NCBI GenBank assembly: GCA_052426225.1
Contig: JBNJNM010000013.1
Span: 62,001-126,000 of the forward strand
Origin: Zancudomyces culisetae HAW-14-8
Taxonomy: Eukaryota; Fungi; Kickxellomycota
DNA: 64,000 nucleotides
Direction of reading: 5' to 3'
Below are positions 1-13,616 of the stretch, piece by piece. Every line of letters begins with the position of its first letter. The first letter of the stretch is position 1. Below the pieces are notes generated by a model. That model worked only from the letters and a program-made list of their open reading frames with translations. It was not told where the DNA came from and ran no database searches. Both the position numbers and the translations under genes were made by a program.

Positions 1-856
1 ATTTTAGATATTGTTTCTATCTTCAAGCTATTCCTATGGTTGAAGGATTAATGAATTAAAAAAGTGCCAGGATTATATTTTGGAATAAATACTTTTTTTC
101 TGCGAATTTTTTGCGTTGGTTTGCATTGATTTGCAAATCCTGCGATCATTAAAGCAATTGTTATATTTGTGCTAATTTTTCTATTGCGGGCTTGTTTGAA
201 ATATATGTCAATAAAGGACTGGTAGTCAAATCGTGAGGTGGAAGATATTTTCAATTTTGTTGTACATGCTGGAATTTTCAATATGTGGAAGTGGATAAAA
301 AACCGATTATTCTCGGGTAATTATAAAAACTCACCAAAAGTTCTAAGAAAAGTCAAAAGGAGAAACGGCTCCGATTGTGCTTGTATTTCTCTTAAGTTCT
401 TGAGAACAAAATCCTCGGCCTTTAGTTTTTGTGATATTGGCAAATACCTGTACTTTATTGCCAAGCGCACACTCGTTAATGCCACCATTACCATCTTCCT
501 TGTACTTTCCTTGTGTTTCCATTTAAATTAAACTATCTATTATAGCCTTGAGATGGATGGATACCAATTTTAAAAGTTAATTACATGTGGAAGGCACGCC
601 ATAATTTGACTTGCCTTTCTCCTGGTCTCAGCTAGCAAAATTAGATATTTGGCATTGGGTATTCGTCCAAGTTAAAGCTACTTTCTTGCTGATTACAATT
701 TAATCAATTTCCATGTCAAGTTACAACTTTAATATTATAAAAAATTTTCATGCCAATTATCAGTTTTTAAAAGCAAATCTCACTCAAACAATAAAGAAAA
801 TACTGTAGAGTTATCCTAACAAGTAATACACATATAAATACATATAAACAACTATT

Positions 857-1033
857 ATGCTTGGAGGAAAAAACTTGTTGGGCCCAATGATTGCAGCTAT
901 AGTAGGCGTGGGAACTGCTACCTATACGATGACACCATATATCCAATCCATGAGGGAATTGGAAAGGCAGCGACTCGAGAATCTAGAGAATGAAAAAAAG
1001 ACCGAATCATCGGATGAAAAGCTAGGAGAATAG
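857..1033 (+). CDS. 58-aa single-TM microprotein, PIGBOS1-like
   Basis: ATG 857 to TAG 1033, intronless: MLGGKNLLGPMIAAIVGVGTATYTMTPYIQSMRELERQRLENLENEKKTESSDEKLGE. A hydrophobic segment with A-x3-G-V-x4-Y-x3-P is followed by a charged helix. Too short for the supplied ORF track. Confidence 0.7.
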   Translation: MLGGKNLLGPMIAAIVGVGTATYTMTPYIQSMRELERQRLENLENEKKTESSDEKLGE

Positions 1034-2002
1034 AACACCCTTAAACATGTATAAGGTGTTAACTTGCTGTTTATGGAATTTATGTGGGGCGTTTTAGCAT
1101 GCACTAAGGTAGATTCGAAATGGAATAATATCACACAAATCAGAGTACTCAAATGTACTTATTTACAAGCCAATATTTTTTTTTTGAAGAAGTCATATCT
1201 TTATCCCCTTGTTAATAACATTTGGAACAAAATTGACGCTATAACTATCAATATTACTGGATTTAAAAGGAGCATTCCAAATAGTCAAATTTAGTTACCT
1301 TTAAATAATGTGGTACAGTTCAAGCAAAATTAAGTATATTAGTCCAACTAATTGGTGCATCTAAACGTGTGTATATACATGCGTTTATTATTTTATTTAA
1401 AAATACATTTTTACAGCTTTACAGCTTTTATTCTATCACGTCTTACGGCTACCAAAAAGTGTTGATAGCAAATGCCCTTTGTTCTAAATGTTTCGTTAGC
1501 GGGTTAACCACGCGTGAATGTATATGAGTCTTTGTTTGGAATATGGACACAAGCATCCCTTATTTTTTTTCTTTCAAAAAAATAAGGTTGAGTTTACAAC
1601 TTGCTAGAATTAACTAATCAAATCTGATTGCTATTCATTAACTGATGCCTCATACCCCCACACCACACCACACCACATCACCCCTTCCATTTCTTTGATT
1701 AAATATCAATGTAATTTAATATCTATCAGTCTTAACGAGCCCAACTAGGACAAAATAAGAGCAAGCGGATTTTATAAATGTGGCAATGTATAAAAATATC
1801 ATTTTCTATTACTAAGTTTATTCAATCAAGTTATTACATAAAAGGTAAAAGTTCATGGCTGAAGTAATGGACAAAGCTGGTTTTAATTGAGAATCAAATA
1901 ATTATCCAACTAATTCTAAAGAAACAACAATGGTAAACTAATAAAGTGTTTATATTAATGTGACCAAAAAAAAGAAATTTCTGATGAGTGGTCTGGTAAA
2001 GT

Positions 2003-2317
2003 TTATTGAAGTGTCTTGATCTTGTTTTCCAAAAGAGCTACGTTGGCTCCGATGATTGAATCAACGAGGGCGCCATTCTTGTAAAATTTAAATGTTGGCA
2101 TGGCTGAAACATCAGCAAGTGCAGCTATTTCCTCTTGCTCGTCAACATCAACCTTGATGAATCTGACATCTGTGTACTGGTTGGAAAATTGTTCGAATTT
2201 TGGAGCAATCATTTTGCAAGGACCGCACCAGGTGGCAAAAAAGTCCACTACAACTAGGCTTCCGCTGTTGATAACCTCTTGGAAGTGTTGGGTTGAGTTT
2301 ATGTGTTCTACTGGCAT
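2003..2317 (-). CDS. TRX1: Thioredoxin
   Basis: 104 aa with VVVDFFATWCGPCKMIAP active site and MPTF motif. Confidence 0.97.
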   Translation of the reverse strand: MPVEHINSTQHFQEVINSGSLVVVDFFATWCGPCKMIAPKFEQFSNQYTDVRFIKVDVDEQEEIAALADVSAMPTFKFYKNGALVDSIIGANVALLENKIKTLQ

Positions 2318-3517
2318 TTTCGATTTTCGTCCTGAATTTATTTATTTATTTCTTTTTACTTTTGTTAATAATAAAGAATATTTTTCGAAGATTCAGCTGG
2401 GAATTTTGTATAATTTATATAGTTTTAATTTTTTATGCTGTTTTCTATTTTTTGTTTGGATAGATAGAAATAGTAACTAAAATAGAAACCTCATTAATTG
2501 TGATTTTTGTATTACTAACAGGAAAAAAAAAACATGAAACCTGTGATAACAATTTGCAGCAATCAAATAGCATCTTGGCTGATATCCAACTGGGCATACG
2601 TGCAAAAGTAGTATAGTTCTCTTTTTTTTTTGCACATTTCAAATCATCTATTGAAAGGACGGTGAGTAATAAACAAGAAATGCAAAAAAAAATTTACTAG
2701 AACAGGCACATGTAACATTTCCATGTGGTTCCATTTGAACAAGTTTTTTGAATTGCCAAAAAATTAATTTTATGATGTCTTTTACCAGTGAATTGATTTG
2801 AAATACCTTGAAAATGTGAACAGTGATTACTAATAGCTGTGGTATATTAACAAACCCATTTATCCAGTATTGTTTAACCAAAAGTAGCATAATGGGATTT
2901 CTTGCCTTACTTTTGACCAAAAGAAATTGTAAATTCTCCAGGCAAATCCAAGTTTTGTTGGCTGTAACACAGGATGAATGCTCTTAATATGGCCTACTTA
3001 TTGCCCTAGACGCCACAACATCGATCTAGCATTATTTCGGCCGCTATTTCAGCTAAGCTCTGATAAATGGGCGCTATGGGTTAAGGAATAGCTTATTTGA
3101 GACTAAAGGCATGATACAAAAGCCTCAAAGCTTGGAATTCAAAAAATATAAAGTAGGAATTAAGCGGATGAATATCCAGAAAGGCTATGACTAGCAGTTA
3201 TTTAGTCATTTGGTCTTTTACTGTTTTTGTAATAGAAAAAGATTGATAATATCTTTAGCTTCGGCAATTGTAAAGCCATACTAAGCTGAATTAATCTGAT
3301 TGATCAGAAAACTAGTGCTTTTCGGTAGGGTTTTTTATTGCAAGGAAATCATGTGTTTGTTGGGAAATTTGTATAAAAACTAACCAAAGAAAAAAAAAAT
3401 TTTTTTTTTCAAAACCACTTGGATCAAAAGCGAAATGATCAAGGAAAAAAAATAATTTTGGAAAGACATAGTTAAAGGAGGAGGTCAATAATATGCAAGA
3501 CAAATAAGCACGAGAAA

Positions 3518-4427
3518 ATGGCAGATAATTTGGATGACGATTTTTATCTTGAAGATAGCTACAAAGCATTAGATGCAAAAAGCATTCAAAATGTAGTTCA
3601 GAAAGGCAGAGACGATAATAAAAATAAACGAAAGCAGCAGACTCAACAAATCAATGTAAATAGCAACAAGAAGAGCAAAGTCGGCGGTAAGAAAAACAGG
3701 GATGAACCTCTCAAACTACATACGGTCGAGCTACAGACACAGCTCTGGAATGAGATGCTTAAACGGGTATATCGAGGTATTTCAGACCTGGAAATGGAAG
3801 AGATCAAGATTGACAAAACGAGTATTTTTAGTGAAGGCATGAGTATTATAGGCGAGAAAGGTGAATGTGGAGATAATAACAATCTGTCACTGATTACGTC
3901 CAAAGGGTTGGAGATATATGGAGACAAGGAGCCTGAAAATCCAGGAATGCCCAAAATTATGTTAATAAGCAATTCTGCAATAAGGGCAATTGCAGTGGAA
4001 AAGTAAGTAAAAAGCAGAAATATTTTGTTCACGTATACGTTAGTTAGTTGGATCACTTTAAATGTATTCAGAGACAAATAAAAATTCAAAAATAAATTCA
4101 AAAAATAGAGCAGTAAGGAATGCAAGTAAATACAGGATCGGAAAGTTATTTAGTAAGCACATGAAAGTAGAGGAGCAGGTCAAGTATTTGGCTGCTAGTA
4201 CGGTGGAAGTGGTTGTAGGTACACCCAATCGATTGTTAAAACTTATGGAGACTGAAGATGCATTGAAACTAGATGAACTAAAGCTAGTGGTAATTGACAT
4301 GTTTACAGACGAAAAAAAACGAACGGTGATGAGTATGGATGACACCCGAAGAGATCTGGTCGCGCTTTGGAAAAAAGGATTGATAGAGCGATGTAGAGCA
4401 AACGAGACAAAAATAATAATGATTTAA
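3518..4427 (+). CDS. CMS1: Cms1/CMSS1-like 90S pre-ribosome factor (2 exons, intron about 4003-4108)
   Basis: N-terminal MADNLDDDF, plus SAIRA, KLFSKHMKVEEQV and VGTPNRLLKL motifs. A GTAAGT...TAG intron joins the two ORFs in frame. Confidence 0.88.
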
Positions 4428-4462
4428 AGTTGTGGGACGCACTGGGGTTTTACTGTTCTTCG

Positions 4463-6517
4463 CTATTTGTCCAGGAATGCAGGATCTTCACAGTCATTGT
4501 ACTGCTTTATTAATTTACAAACGACCTCTCTATTTGCGATAAATAAGTTAATACAAGTGTCTTTTAGTAAAGGTTTGGCTTAATTAATACAAAGATATAA
4601 ATAAATGTAAAAAAAAAAAACATACCTCGAGTTATCAAATTCATCCAGATTGTCGGAAAACATATTTTCGCGTCTGTACAAATCAATAAACGCATTTCTT
4701 TTACGTAGCCTATCATATTGATCTAGAGTTCTTATAAACAGCTAGATGGGTTGAGTCATTAGATTCAAAATTAGCTTTGGTTGGATAAATAAAGAGAGAA
4801 GTACCAAATAGGTGGGATGAAACATATAAAGAAAAGAAAGTAAAGAGCAGAACGAAACAAAAAATGGAGAGACTTACAGAGGTAATACTGGTATGGTTGG
4901 CCATCATCAGGCCACTAACACGATGGGAAGTCTGGACATAAGGACTCTTTCTAGATAACGCAACTTGGATACTAGCAGGACCCCAGGGAATCATCTGGTC
5001 TATACACCGTTCCCGAATTCGAACCAGTGATTTATGAACCTCGGTTGGATCGACTTCGCCCTGGATAATATTGAGCATAGAAATATAACAACTTTTTTTG
5101 CTAACGACTGTTGAAACCATTTTGTTTTTTGGTTGCAAAAGTCTTCTCATGACATCTAATACCGTGGTCTTTCGAATTCCTTTAGCCTATATTTGGTTTA
5201 GATGTGAATAACTTACATATATTTTAAGTATAAGAAAGATTTTTGGAAAGATGTATTACCTTTTCAACTTTATCGCTAGTAAATGGTGTATAAGCCGTCA
5301 TCAAATAATGACATGGTGGCACAGGAATCAGCGGTGCAATCAAGCTTGTCAAATCATTGTTCATGTAGCTTGGATATCTTAGCGTAATCGTGCTGGATGT
5401 CATGACTGTTGATACCAACTGGTTAGTTTGTGCAAAATCCGGATTCTGAATATGTAATCTGTCCGCCACTATTCTTCCCAAGGCCGCATTGTCTAACACT
5501 ACCACACTATCTGCGTTTTCTGTAAGTCTGCGAAGCGCCAACATGCTATTGTATGGCTGTACAACCACATCTGACATGTCCTCGTTATTAGGAAACACTG
5601 AATATGTCTGCAATAGCTTTTTTTCGTATCTATCACTCATTCTCTCTAGTATAAATGATCCTAGCCCTGAGCCTGTACCACCTGCTATCGAGTGTAGCAG
5701 ATTAAATCCCTCCAGAGAATCACTGTTTTCCACCTCCCGATCAATTATATCCAGAATATCCTCCCATAACATCTCTGCTTGTGCATATCCGTTGGCCCAG
5801 TTGTTACCTGCACCGCTCCCATCATTTGTGGTATAAACGTTTTCTGGATTAAACAGATTTGCTTGTGGTGATTGCATTATGTTGTTTATCACCTAGTATT
5901 ATTAATTGCATTAAAATAAAGACTTTGTTAGTGTTCGAAACGACAATGCCGCTGATGCTATATAAATTGTATCTTTTCCTACCCTGGGTTCTAAATCAAG
6001 TAGTATCGCTCTTGGTATGTATTGATCGTCGTCAGCCTACAAGTTTATATATCAAAAATGCTGCTGGTTGTTAGATTACACTTGAGTTGTAATAGTCTTA
6101 GCGTAAGATTCACCTCCCCGTGAAAATCCCTTTGATTTGTGTCCGTTCAATATATACACAATTTAATAGAAACATTGTGATTACCTGGTAAAAAAAAACA
6201 TCTTTTCTATCAATTCCATCTTGAGCGTATTCTTCTAGGGATCCATCTAGTTTAATTCCGTGCTCAGCACATAAATGTGACCAAAACTCGTTTCCGACTA
6301 CATTATTTAAATATTATCGAGGTTTTATTTTTTTTTCTCTTCTTTCTTTTGTAATCAGATAAAAGTATCAATATCTGAAACTATAATCATCTCTCTCCCT
6401 GTTCCCAATTACCATTTCCACTGATCTACAATGATGAAATACAAAACTAGTGGTTTTTAAATACCTACTCTGATTTCCGCATTGACCTGCTTGGATTGTA
6501 ACAATTTCTCTAGGCAT
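4463..6517 (-). CDS. TUB4: Gamma-tubulin (multi-exon)
   Basis: Starts [16 protein letters not shown] at 6517. Contains [31 protein letters not shown] and [18 protein letters not shown]. Last exon ends ...DPAFLDK* at 4463. Confidence 0.96.
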
Positions 6518-7125
6518 GCTTGTGTTTTATTCTCTTTATGGTTACAGTATCGTGTTCGTATCTATTTTTCTATAAACAAAAGGTAGTATTCTTTTTTTTT
6601 TCCTCTGATTGGGATTGGCTTTTTGACTTTAATTCGGTTTGGTTCGTTATTTTATATAATATAATAAGCTCTTTTGAACAAACAGGTATTCAATTTGTTT
6701 AGTTTAGAGTGCGTGGGTATTGCCGGATACAAATATATATCATCGCTTTTGATCTTTATACAAGATTGATTTGGCTTGTAAGTAGAGTAACAGTGTTGGA
6801 TAATATGTTTGCACTTTTCAGCCTCTTGGTTTGTATTTTATTTATTTTTCATTGCTTTATTGGCCTTCAAGTTGTACATAGAACAAATCAATATTGTTTG
6901 CTGCAGCACCAAAAAGTGAAAACTGCTTTTGGTAACAACTATTGGCCCATTTTCAATAATCCAAACAATAGCCTTTTTCATTAGATTTTTTTTTCTTGGA
7001 TAAAAACTATATAAGAATTTATTGACAACACATTTAATGTCTATTACAAGATAAAAGTAGCAGTAAAGCAGATAACTGAAACAAAAGTTTAATACCAATA
7101 TCAAGTTGATTTTATCTTGTCAATA

Positions 7126-10100
7126 CTAAAATAAGGAGGAGTGAATTAGCGAACCAATATTGGATTCATAAACCGAAGGATAGTGATGAATTAGCATGCT
7201 CTTGGAGAATCTCACCTCGTTGAAACGGGTCGTAACATCAAGACATTTATATAAAGTCACCTTTTGATTACTTTTGGGTAAGCGAGGATATAGGTACTCT
7301 ATTATACCTGTAAACGGGCCACCATTGGCTTTCTCTGCATTAGCCTCGAGAATATAAACGGTTCCTGGTGGATAGAGCTTCTCATTATCCATGCTTGCTC
7401 TCAGAGTTTTGACTATAGACAAGTGCCAGTCCTCCATCTCTCTTATCTTATCTTTAACTTTTAGTTGAAAAGACTTTACGCTAGAACTTTTTTTAACACT
7501 TTTTTGATAAGCTATGAAAGAGATACCAATGTATATAGATAAGTTGGATTAGTAATATAGTAGGATATAACTTAATATTTAAAAACGAAATGAGGTTTTA
7601 CCAAATGATTTATATTGTAAAGACATACCTTCATATTCGGCTCCACAAAGCTGATTGAAATCGAGATTGGATACAGAAAAATCAGTAGGAACTTCAAACG
7701 GATTAAAAACGTATAAAAATGCATCCGATATCGCGGTAGATGGAGATGTGACAAAATCTTGAACCCCCTTGGCGAGTGTTGAGTCTTTGATAAACTCGGG
7801 TACAAATTTTGAAAAAATACCACTATTTTTCAATGGTTTTGGTGGTGTAGAGTTCTGGCTAGAAACAGGTGTGTTATTAACTCGGTTTATATTTTTTAGG
7901 TTTTTGAATCTTATGTTTTTATCATTGAGTTCGATTGAAATATCAAGCTTTTCTTCATCTAGTTCATAATCCAAATCGCCCAGTTCAATATTAAACGGTG
8001 ATAGCTTGTTTAATAATTTATTTTTGTTGTCAGTGATAAACTGCTTCACAATTCTTTCGACAGTTTTCTTTTCATTTCCCAGCGTCTTTGTGGCTATAAT
8101 AATATCTGCTAATGAGCCTACTGATATGTAGGAAAATATATCATTAGAATTAACGATAGAAACAACCAGCCCCTTGATATAGCTAGACAAATTAATGTTT
8201 GCAACACAGGGGCTTCCGTAATTGTAGCATGCTATTGGCCTATCGGTTACTAATCCAAAGAGATCGCTTGTAACAAACTTGTAAGGGTACTTTGGATCAT
8301 TTACTGGTTTAGACCACAAAATAGATAGCAAAGACGCCACACCACCACCAAGAGAATGACCACATAGTACCAGGCCATATCGTGGATAAGTTTTCAGAGC
8401 TTCTGAAATTTCAATAAAAACTTCGGATTTTGGATCGGCAAGTAAGCACGCGGATGTCCACATACCTGAATGTGCTTTGAACTCTTGTCTTTTGGATTCT
8501 GGATGATTAATAAGACTTATTTTGACATACTCACAAAGCAAATCAATTACGAAATCGGACACGCCCATAGTTCCACGGATTGCAAGAACCACAGATCTAG
8601 TGGCATGATCTACCGCAATGTAGTGAACTGGTGCATGAATAGAAGGTTCTCTAAATATCATGTTGTTTTTGTCAAGCTCAAAGAGTTTTTTTTTGATGTA
8701 GTTATCTTGAGTTATGTGTGTTTCTGCGTTTGCAACGGGAGTCCCACCCTTACCTAAACTGGGTTTTCTCCTAGATTTTCCCGCAAAATGTGCCTTGCTT
8801 GCATGGTTAGAATTATTTTTTGAAAAATTAGAGCCCTCGCTATCATCACCACCACTACGACTACTACTACCAAGTGTATTTTCAGGCAATTTCTCATTTC
8901 CCTGGGTTTCATTACAACTATTTTTGATTTTATCTAAAGGTACACCCAAAAAAGAATCTGGAATCATACTTGTGATGTACTTGTATAGCTCAGTTGATTT
9001 CGAATCTGTCTGTGAAGCACTTTTCGGAGAAAAAAGGCCTGATACTTGGTTAGGCACAATCGATTTTACACAGTTTACCGAGTAATTAACACACGACGCC
9101 AAACATCCACAATTATCAACATTTGAAACATCCTTGTGTGTCTCATATCGTTCGGACGCCTTTTCCTTATTGCTGGTGCTTCCAGTAAGCTCGGGAATTA
9201 TTGACGTGTATCCTAATGGTTTCACATACGACGAAAATAACAGATCTTGTATTGGAATCCCTGTATGCCTACAAAAACTGACGTGGTTTGGATGTTCGTT
9301 TATCAGTTGCCGCTTATAAATATTATATATGGGCGGTCTTCTCAAATGGTATCTATTTCTTTTTTCATCCACTAGCCTTTCTTCAGGCTCAAGCAGGCTT
9401 AGTGTATCAAAACTCCTCCTGCCATAACTGGATCTTCTCTTCATTTCGGTAGACACGGATAATCTTTTGGGTGTTGCTGGTTTTGGTGTTACTTTGGGTG
9501 CACGCATTCTACCTTTGTGATATGGCCTAACTTCAGGGCTTTGTCTACTCGAATTTGAGAAAGCCATCTTCTCTTCACCCTTTCCGAATTTTCCCATTAG
9601 GGTGCTAGCTCCATAGTTCATATTCAATTCGTCCTCATCCGAATACTCACTCTCATCGCTTGAGTCAAGCCCAGCATCTGCACTATCTCCAAAATGTGAA
9701 AGAAGAGACTGGATATCTATACTGGTACCATCCATACCTACTACAGACATAAATCTAGCTCCATAAGATGAAAAGGCTATCGTTGCAAAGCGTGCTATGT
9801 TAAAAAGCATCGGTTTATGTGGGAAATGCAGGGGCTCTTTCTGCTCGATTATTTTTCCGGGAGCCATTGGAGGCGTTAATTCGGGAGTAGGAAGAGATTT
9901 ATGATCGCTGAGATCAATTACTTTATTTTCGCTAACTCTGTTAATATCATGTGGTGTCTCTATGCAAGAAGGCTCAGTTTTTAGATCATGAGGTATTGGA
10001 GAAGAAGCTAAACTAGCTGGTGCTGATTCCAATCCATAATAACAATAACCCTTTTCGACTAAACCTGACTGAATATTTCTATTTCGATTAAAATGTCTTG

Positions 10101-11834
10101 CCTCCACATCCACTTCTTTGCCTATCTTAGCATTATCAAAATATGAAGCCACGCCTGTAATCGATTTAGCCCTGGTATAACCAGATGTACGACTACCCTT
10201 CTCACTCACTCCATTTAATTTGTATAATCCCTCCCGTTTGTCACATTTTATTTCTAGTATCTCTACATCGTGACTGACGCTTTGGACATACTCAGCCTTT
10301 TCTGCCTCTTTTGAATCCTTTTGACAGCCCTCGTCCTCATTGCTGGAGCTTAAACCTTCAACGCGTTTCAGTTTCTTTTCCAAGATTTCTAAAGCTGAAA
10401 CGAGCTCTTTGCCCCACTCCTCATCTCTGGCAGCTCTGTTACACCCCTCCATATTCCCTTCATCCTGCAACTCCGAGAGCCTACGCTCAATAAAATCGTC
10501 TTTTCTGCTCCCTACGCTCTCCAGTCCACTATTTGGGCCACCTGAACTATCGATCGATTTTTTTACTTTTATACTCCTCTTTCTTAATCCCAAGTTGTCC
10601 TGGCTAATTCTAGGACAAAATACTTTGACACTTTCAAAATTTGTATATACTTTTTCCTGGTTAACTACCTTTGTACCACTCCTTCGCGTAAGCAGCTGCA
10701 GTAAAATCCACGCTATGAACGTTTTTGCGTACAAAAGCGCTGATCTAATTATTCCCCGCTTATTTACCTCTCGGCGCAACTCTACATTCATATCCCATGT
10801 TTCGCGCTTTACCAGTTTAAAAAACTCCGAAAATGCTGCTGATGTCACTGTATTGCCGAATAGTGCCTCGATGAACCTGACATACTCTTCTGAAACTCTA
10901 ATGCCAACATCCACTGTTCTTCTTTGAAGGTAATATCCTTTCACCACCATGTTTTCAAGAAACTCGCCTGGTTGAAAAAGTAACAGATTTGCAAGTGAAT
11001 ATATTCCAAATGAGTCATTTTGACCCAGTAAAGTTTGTAGTGTTTCTTTGGCTTTATCTCTACCTAATGTTAGGATATCCTTTTTCTCTATTGCTTTCTT
11101 GGAAATAGATTCAAAAACAAATCCTATCACCATATTAAACACCCGCAGACTGATCCTTAATGAAGTCGCCAATTTCGAAATCACCTCAGCACCAGTATAC
11201 ATGCTATGATCATTGCTGCTACTAGGCTGATTCAATAAAATATCGAGTAACTGATTGTCAATACTAATTTCGTGATTTTCAAGCCAGCTCATACGCCTAG
11301 CCTCTTCGAACAAATCGTCATTTACCGAGTATGGTTCATTTTCGTACCCAATTCCTGTATGTTCATCCCCACTCTGAATACCTTTTTGATTGTTGTGCAT
11401 TGGTCGATTACAAACTTTTCCTTTTATTTCAATTACCTCTTTATACAAACTAAAGTCATTCACCCTTAACTTCGACTACTAATATTGGTATCAAGTATTA
11501 TTTAAAAAAAAAGTTAATAAAAAAAAGAAAGCAGTCAACGGAAACTCCCTTAAAGTATAATAACCGATTCGTAAATTACCTCCAAATAATAATATAAGGA
11601 ATCCGCCCAAGTTTTTGGTCTCACTTTCTAATATCGATTACCCTGTGCTTTTATATTGCGAGTTTTTTTTCTATATTTAGCGTCACTTGTATGGTTGACC
11701 ATTAAGGTTTGTTATTTTAAAGTTTAGCTTGAATTGAAGATATTGTAGGTACCAGAAAAGCCCAAACATTTACAGTAGAATGTGAAAATTACTCCTGGTA
11801 TTTTTATAGGCCAGCTCATGTTTACTTCCACCAT
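7126..11834 (-). CDS. Large class-3 lipase (DAG-lipase-like) with long disordered N-terminal half; 5' exons uncertain
   Basis: HYIAVDHATRSVVLAIRGT, AHSGM and GHSLGGG nucleophile motifs. The C-terminal exon (7126 to about 7511) has LYPPG and MLIHHYP. Probable small 5' exons at 11834-11793 and about 11627-11580. Confidence 0.85.
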
Positions 11835-12667
11835 TTTGCCAATTTCAGCAATTGTTCAGAAGATCGCGTGAAACTTTCCAATAGTCCTATAGTTTATCAT
11901 AAAAAAAATTTTCCCTTGGCTTTATTTGACAATGAATATGCACCCCTGAACAAATGGAAAGGACGTTTGCTAATTCTCTCAGAGTGATAGAATCCATTCT
12001 TCAAGTGCATCATCACTTTTCCACATTGAATGTTGTCGCCAATTTAATGACTGGCACACTCACATCATACGTTTTTTTTTTGGAACCAAGCCCTGTTCAG
12101 TTGTTTTGGATCATTCACTTTGCTTTAACAAACTCTTTACCCGTCAACAATCTTAGATAAGGCTAAAAGTACAATATCTACTGAAATTATAAATTGGATG
12201 ATAAATTTCCTTTTGGTCAACTAGTCACCAATAAACTGTAGGATATAAAAAAAAGAGACAATAAAGATTTTAAAAAGATCAATTAACATAGTCAACGTAC
12301 TAAGAATTTTTGTAAATACTAATGTGCTCATGCTGATATGTTTTGAACTCGCTAATAATAACGCACTTTATGTTTTTATCTGCATGTTAAAATATGTCAT
12401 TAAAGTGTTTGAACAATTGCTACCAAGGTTGACAAATAAATAAAAAGGCATGGAGTCCTGGTGTCATGTAAGATTTTGGGTAACGATAAGTGGTCAAAGT
12501 CTGACTCGACTTATACATATGACCAAAACATTTTTGTAGTTGTATAAAAATGAATTTGTTTGTGCAATTATCTCGGCTAAAAATGGATAATTCACAAGGA
12601 CATCACACTTTTAATGCATGTGATATTATTAAGCTTTTTCTTTTTGCTCTAAATTCTAAACAAAGAC

Positions 12668-13340
12668 CTTTTTTTGTTAGATGAAAATATTAAATAAATA
12701 TCCCATAAAATTACAAAAAATAATCCTACATAATATCTACCTAACCAATTCCCCTCCGTCCCTCTAGGGACTCCATACCCACCGGGCGTTGGTTCAAGGA
12801 GGTTGTTTCTGGCTTAAGCCGGTCTAAGACTTGCATCCTCGTTCGACATATTCCGTCCAAAAATTGTGCCGTTACCAGCTCAACCAAAGACGGTGCTTCG
12901 GTTTCTCTCTTCTTAACGGAGAGAGTAACCATTCTTTTTGACTCCCCTTCAAGGAGTCGCCCTACAAAAAAATCTCGCCATCCTTCACTACTACCTCTCT
13001 CCTCACTTCCTATAATTGACACATCTGTGATACGTTCCAGAGTTTTATACCTAACAACAGTCCAATATCTACAGTCCAGTAACATGTGTTCAATGGTTTC
13101 TGCGCTGTTTTTTTTAACAAAATGGGCACCTAGTCTTGAACTTTTCATCTATTGTTCCCAGTTTTGCCAGCCTCTCTGCTGTTCAGAACCTACCTGTTCT
13201 TATCCTCCCTATCTCCATAAGCCCCTGCTTACACTCAGAATATATAAGTTGTAGGTAAATCCAATTACTCATTCCCTCGAGATTCCTGTCTAACAGCCAT
13301 CTCGAGATTTTAGACTTGTCATTCAAGGTACAGGTTTCTC
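12668..13340 (-). mobile_element. Degraded 3' fragment of a non-LTR (LINE-like) retrotransposon ORF2 (CCHC zinc-knuckle region)
   Basis: Across frameshifts it reads DKSKISRW...IRTGRF*TAERLAKLG...RCPFC*...ETIEHMLLDC...GRRGIG*. It has in-frame stops (probable TGG>TGA), frameshifts, a short A-tract at about 12668-12675 and no RT domain. Confidence 0.8.
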
Positions 13341-13616
13341 AAGATCTTGACAGCACGTTTCATGATACACATGCCAACCTTACAGCCAGAGCCTCCACAC
13401 CCCACCTCCAATGCCGCAAGTATAAACTACTCGCCCCCATTTATTGCAACAATTTTGTAGCCATCAATCGAAAAAACAATCCATTGTTTAAACAGAAATA
13501 ATTTTAAAGGCTTTATTAAGTAACTATATTATAAATTCTTGTTACATAAGAAGGTTCATTAAAGTCTTCATTTATGACTTTGGAAGAGGAAAACAAAAAA
13601 AGATGGGCAAGAGTGT

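Noticed and set aside
1-531. Short ORFs at the window start
   Set aside because: No recognisable motifs or consistent exon structure. Could be part of a gene outside the window but unsupported.
11580-11703. ATG-initiated frame separated from a lipase 5' exon by a single in-frame TAG (possible readthrough)
   Set aside because: That TAG is more simply the 3' splice acceptor of a phase-0 intron from the 11834-11793 exon.
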